Positions 32,236 to 34,556 of a stretch of 34,556 nucleotides of DNA are shown here, one piece after another. The translations under genes were made by a program, and so were the position numbers. Positions within the stretch are counted from its first letter, which is position 1; each line of letters begins with the position of its first letter. The notes beneath the pieces were generated by a model. It worked only from the letters and a program-made list of their open reading frames with translations. It was not told the DNA's origin and did no database searches. Source of the DNA: Candidatus Faeciplasma sp. (lineage in GTDB: Bacteria; Bacillota; Clostridia; Oscillospirales; Ruminococcaceae). The stretch lies in contig JAZSPX010000176.1 of the NCBI GenBank assembly GCA_045537675.1, positions 1-34,556 on the forward strand, read 5' to 3'.

Positions 32236-32556
32236 CTACTTAATTTCAGCACCGCAGTGCTTGCAAATTCTTACCTTGTTACCTTCATCGTCGATCTTGT
32301 GACCAATTCGGGTACCCTTGTTGCACTTGGGGCAAACAAGCTGAACCTTGGAAGCATACATAGCAGCCTCTGCCTTAACGATGCCGCCGGTTTCGCCCTG
32401 TCTGCGGGGCTTAACGTGCTTGGTTACAATGTTCAAACCTTCAACGATGACCTTACCCTCCTTGGGGGATACAGCCAAAACCTTACCGGTCTTGCCGTTA
32501 TCTCTGCCGCTGAGGATAACTACGGTGTCGCCTGTTTTAACGTGAACTTTATTCAT
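32236..32556 (-). CDS. rplX: 50S ribosomal protein L24 (with a C-terminal four-Cys motif)
   Basis: KOW motif [21 protein letters not shown]. The C-terminus reads CPKC(75-78)...CKHC(98-101). Confidence 0.96.
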   Translation of the reverse strand: MNKVHVKTGDTVVILSGRDNGKTGKVLAVSPKEGKVIVEGLNIVTKHVKPRRQGETGGIVKAEAAMYASKVQLVCPKCNKGTRIGHKIDDEGNKVRICKHCGAEIK

Positions 32557-32574
32557 AATACCGACACCTCCGAA

Positions 32575-32943
32575 TTAAAGTACCTCGGGAGCCAAGGACA
32601 TGATCTTTACGAAATCATTGTCTCTGAGTTCTCTGGCTACTGGGCCAAAGATACGGGTTCCTCTGGGTGTTTTATCTTCTTTTATAATTACAGCTGCGTT
32701 TTCATCGAAACGGATGTAGGTTCCATCCTCACGACGAAGACCCTTAGCTGAACGAACGATTACTGCTTTTACAACGTCGCCCTTCTTAACTACGCCGCCG
32801 GGAGCTGCCTTCTTAACGGAAGCTACAACTACGTCGCCGATGTTAGCATAGCGTCTGCGTGTACCGCCCAAAACTCTGATGCACTGGAGCTCCTTAGCGC
32901 CGGTGTTGTCAGCAGCCTTGAGTCTTGTCTGCATTTGTATCAC
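32575..32943 (-). CDS. rplN: 50S ribosomal protein L14
   Basis: [27 protein letters not shown].. is canonical L14. Confidence 0.97.
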   Translation of the reverse strand: MIQMQTRLKAADNTGAKELQCIRVLGGTRRRYANIGDVVVASVKKAAPGGVVKKGDVVKAVIVRSAKGLRREDGTYIRFDENAAVIIKEDKTPRGTRIFGPVARELRDNDFVKIMSLAPEVL

Positions 32944-33012
32944 AGCAAGTTCCTCCTTTCAGTTTTTAAGAAATCTGAGTACCGATTCAATCGGCCTCAC
33001 CCTACTTTTAAA

Positions 33013-33270
33013 TTACTTAGCCACTTCAATGACTCTTACTAAACGCCATCTCTTATCCTTGGACAAAGGACGGGTTTCCATGATTTCAACTCTGTCACCG
33101 ATGTTGCAGGTGTTGTTTTCATCATGAGCCTTGAACTTGACTGTTCTCTTAATGATCTTGTTGTAGAGGGGATGCTTTACGTTGTCTTCGATTGCAACGA
33201 CAATGGTCTTGTCCATCTTGTTGGAAACAACCTTGCCCACTCTTGTTTTTCTAAGATTTCTTTCGCTCAC
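33013..33270 (-). CDS. rpsQ: 30S ribosomal protein S17
   Basis: ..[34 protein letters not shown].. is canonical S17. Confidence 0.97.
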   Translation of the reverse strand: MSERNLRKTRVGKVVSNKMDKTIVVAIEDNVKHPLYNKIIKRTVKFKAHDENNTCNIGDRVEIMETRPLSKDKRWRLVRVIEVAK

Positions 33271-33291
33271 AGTAAATCCTCCTTTACAATA

Positions 33292-33483
33292 TTACTTGGA
33301 CTCTTGCGCACGAATGAAGGTCTTGATACGAGCAATATCCTTCTTAACAGCCTTGATTCTCATGGGATTGTCAAGCTGGTTTACAGCATGCTGAAAACGA
33401 AGGTTAAAAAGCTCTTTCTGAAGGTCAACAAGCTTGTTGTTTAATTCAACAAGAGTCATATCTTTGATTTCACTTGCTTTCAT
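33292..33483 (-). CDS. rpmC: 50S ribosomal protein L29
   Basis: [33 protein letters not shown].. is canonical L29. Confidence 0.97.
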   Translation of the reverse strand: MKASEIKDMTLVELNNKLVDLQKELFNLRFQHAVNQLDNPMRIKAVKKDIARIKTFIRAQESK

Positions 33484-33908
33484 TATTGCTCACCACCCGT
33501 TTCTTCTTTAACAACGAACTTGCACTTGATGGGAAGCTTGTGCATAGCCAAACGCATAGCTTCACGTGCAACTTCTTCGCTTACGCCGGCGATTTCAAAC
33601 ATTACTCTGCCGGGCTTAACTACTGCTACCCAGTACTCAGGGGTACCTTTACCGGAACCCATACGAGTACCCAAAGCCTTGGTTGTTACAGGCTTGTCGG
33701 GGAAGATCTTGATCCATACCTGACCGCCACGCTTGATGTAACGGGTCATTGCGATACGGGCTGCTTCAATCTGGTTGGAGGTGATCCAAGCGGGCTGAAG
33801 TGCCTGCAAACCGTACTGACCGTCTGTAACCTTGTTACCTCTGGTAGCCTTGCCGGTCATACGACCGCGCTGCTGCTTACGATATTTAACTCTCTTGGGA
33901 AGTAACAT
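33483..33908 (-). CDS. rplP: 50S ribosomal protein L16
   Basis: [25 protein letters not shown].. is canonical L16. Confidence 0.97.
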   Translation of the reverse strand: MLLPKRVKYRKQQRGRMTGKATRGNKVTDGQYGLQALQPAWITSNQIEAARIAMTRYIKRGGQVWIKIFPDKPVTTKALGTRMGSGKGTPEYWVAVVKPGRVMFEIAGVSEEVAREAMRLAMHKLPIKCKFVVKEETGGEQ

Positions 33909-34556
33909 TACTTGTTGCCTCCTTCTTTACGTTCTGTACGAGGACGTCTGTCGTTGTTGCGGGGACGTCTGTCGTTGTTGTTGCGGCGCTTTCTTTCGGG
34001 TCTTTCCTGCTGAGCAGTAGCTTCACCCTTCAAAACTTCGCCCTTATAGATCCATACCTTAACACCGATTCTACCATAGGTAGTTGCAGCTTCTGCAGTA
34101 CCGTAGTCGATGTCAGCTCTGATGGTCTGCAACGGAATGGTACCTTCGTGATAGGTTTCACTTCTTGCGATTTCAGCACCTGCCAAACGGCCGGAAGCCT
34201 TGATCTTGATACCTCTTGCGCCGAGCTTCATTGCTCTGCCGATTGCCTGCTTGAGAGCACGGCGGAAGGAAATTCTTCTTTCGAGCTGTGCAGCGATGTT
34301 CTCAGCAACGAGCTGTGCGTTAAGGTCGGGCTGCTTGATCTCGATGATGTTCAGCGAAACTTCCTTGCCACCGAGCTTCTTTTCGCAGATCTTCTTGAGC
34401 TTTTCAATCTCTGCACCCTGTCTGCCGATAACCATACCGGGCTTTGCACAGTGGATGTTAACGTATACACGCTTTGCATCACGCTCAATCTCAACCTTGG
34501 GAACGCCTGCAGGAGCAAGCTTCTCAAGAAGGTACTCACGAAGTTCGTAGTCTTCA
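33908..34556 (-). CDS. rpsC: 30S ribosomal protein S3, 3' portion (the 5' end lies beyond the window edge)
   Basis: The frame stays open to the window edge (..[55 protein letters not shown]..), covering the KH and S3-C domains. A basic C-terminal tail follows. Confidence 0.95.
   Translation of the reverse strand, partial: EDYELREYLLEKLAPAGVPKVEIERDAKRVYVNIHCAKPGMVIGRQGAEIEKLKKICEKKLGGKEVSLNIIEIKQPDLNAQLVAENIAAQLERRISFRRALKQAIGRAMKLGARGIKIKASGRLAGAEIARSETYHEGTIPLQTIRADIDYGTAEAATTYGRIGVKVWIYKGEVLKGEATAQQERPERKRRNNNDRRPRNNDRRPRTERKEGGNK
33942..33984 (-). repeat. 21-bp tandem duplication inside the rpsC 3' end (encodes NNDRRPR twice)
   Basis: GGACGTCTGTCGTTGTTG occurs at 33942 and again at 33963 (period 21 nt, in frame). 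Confidence 0.85.

Noticed and set aside
1-34556. Searched for CRISPR arrays, IS elements or transposases, integrases, prophage genes, toxin-antitoxin pairs and known defence operons
   Set aside because: No regularly spaced repeats occur. No ORF has DDE, tyrosine- or serine-recombinase, phage structural or nuclease/helicase defence-like motifs. All large ORFs are accounted for by housekeeping or transport functions.

Overview
Chromosomal segment of a spore-forming Firmicute (Clostridia-like: spoVT, spoVAC, Clostridia-type ribosomal cluster, strong GGAGG ribosome-binding sites). From about 22.3 kb to the right edge, the minus strand carries the conserved ribosomal S10/spc/alpha supercluster. 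Its order is rpsC (partial), rplP, rpmC, rpsQ, rplN, rplX, rplE, rpsZ, rpsH, rplF, rplR, rpsE, rpmD, rplO, secY, adk, map, a KOW protein, infA, rpmJ, rpsM, rpsK, rpsD, rpoA and rplQ. Upstream of it lie a lone spoVAC, a four-gene CUT2 sugar ABC transporter (YtfQRT/YjfF-like order) and greA-lysS. The left 14 kb is a mixed housekeeping and accessory region. It holds a glgB 3' end, a GH3 beta-glucosidase, spoVT, a PfkB-family kinase and a SipW-like membrane protein that seems to lack its catalytic residues. It also holds tRNA-Thr, a PAP2 phosphatase operon, a Val-Asp-Phe-Gly tRNA operon, an FTR-like/thioredoxin pair, a ZIP transporter, a membrane-anchored XRE regulator, YbjQ and several small membrane proteins. 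I found no CRISPR array, integrase, transposase, toxin-antitoxin pair or recognisable defence operon. The least explained signals are non-coding. First, tRNA-Thr is followed 173 bp later by a 44-bp exact copy of its 3' half, preceded by a further 12-nt tRNA match and a 105-nt GC-rich insert at the anticodon-loop position. Second, there is a loosely related set of GC-rich, hairpin-rich intergenic islands (about 80-125 bp) sharing a GAAGRG..GGCGAAG core; two sit just after tRNA terminators and one sits between divergent promoters. All functional calls come from reading the translations and sequence by eye, with no database search.
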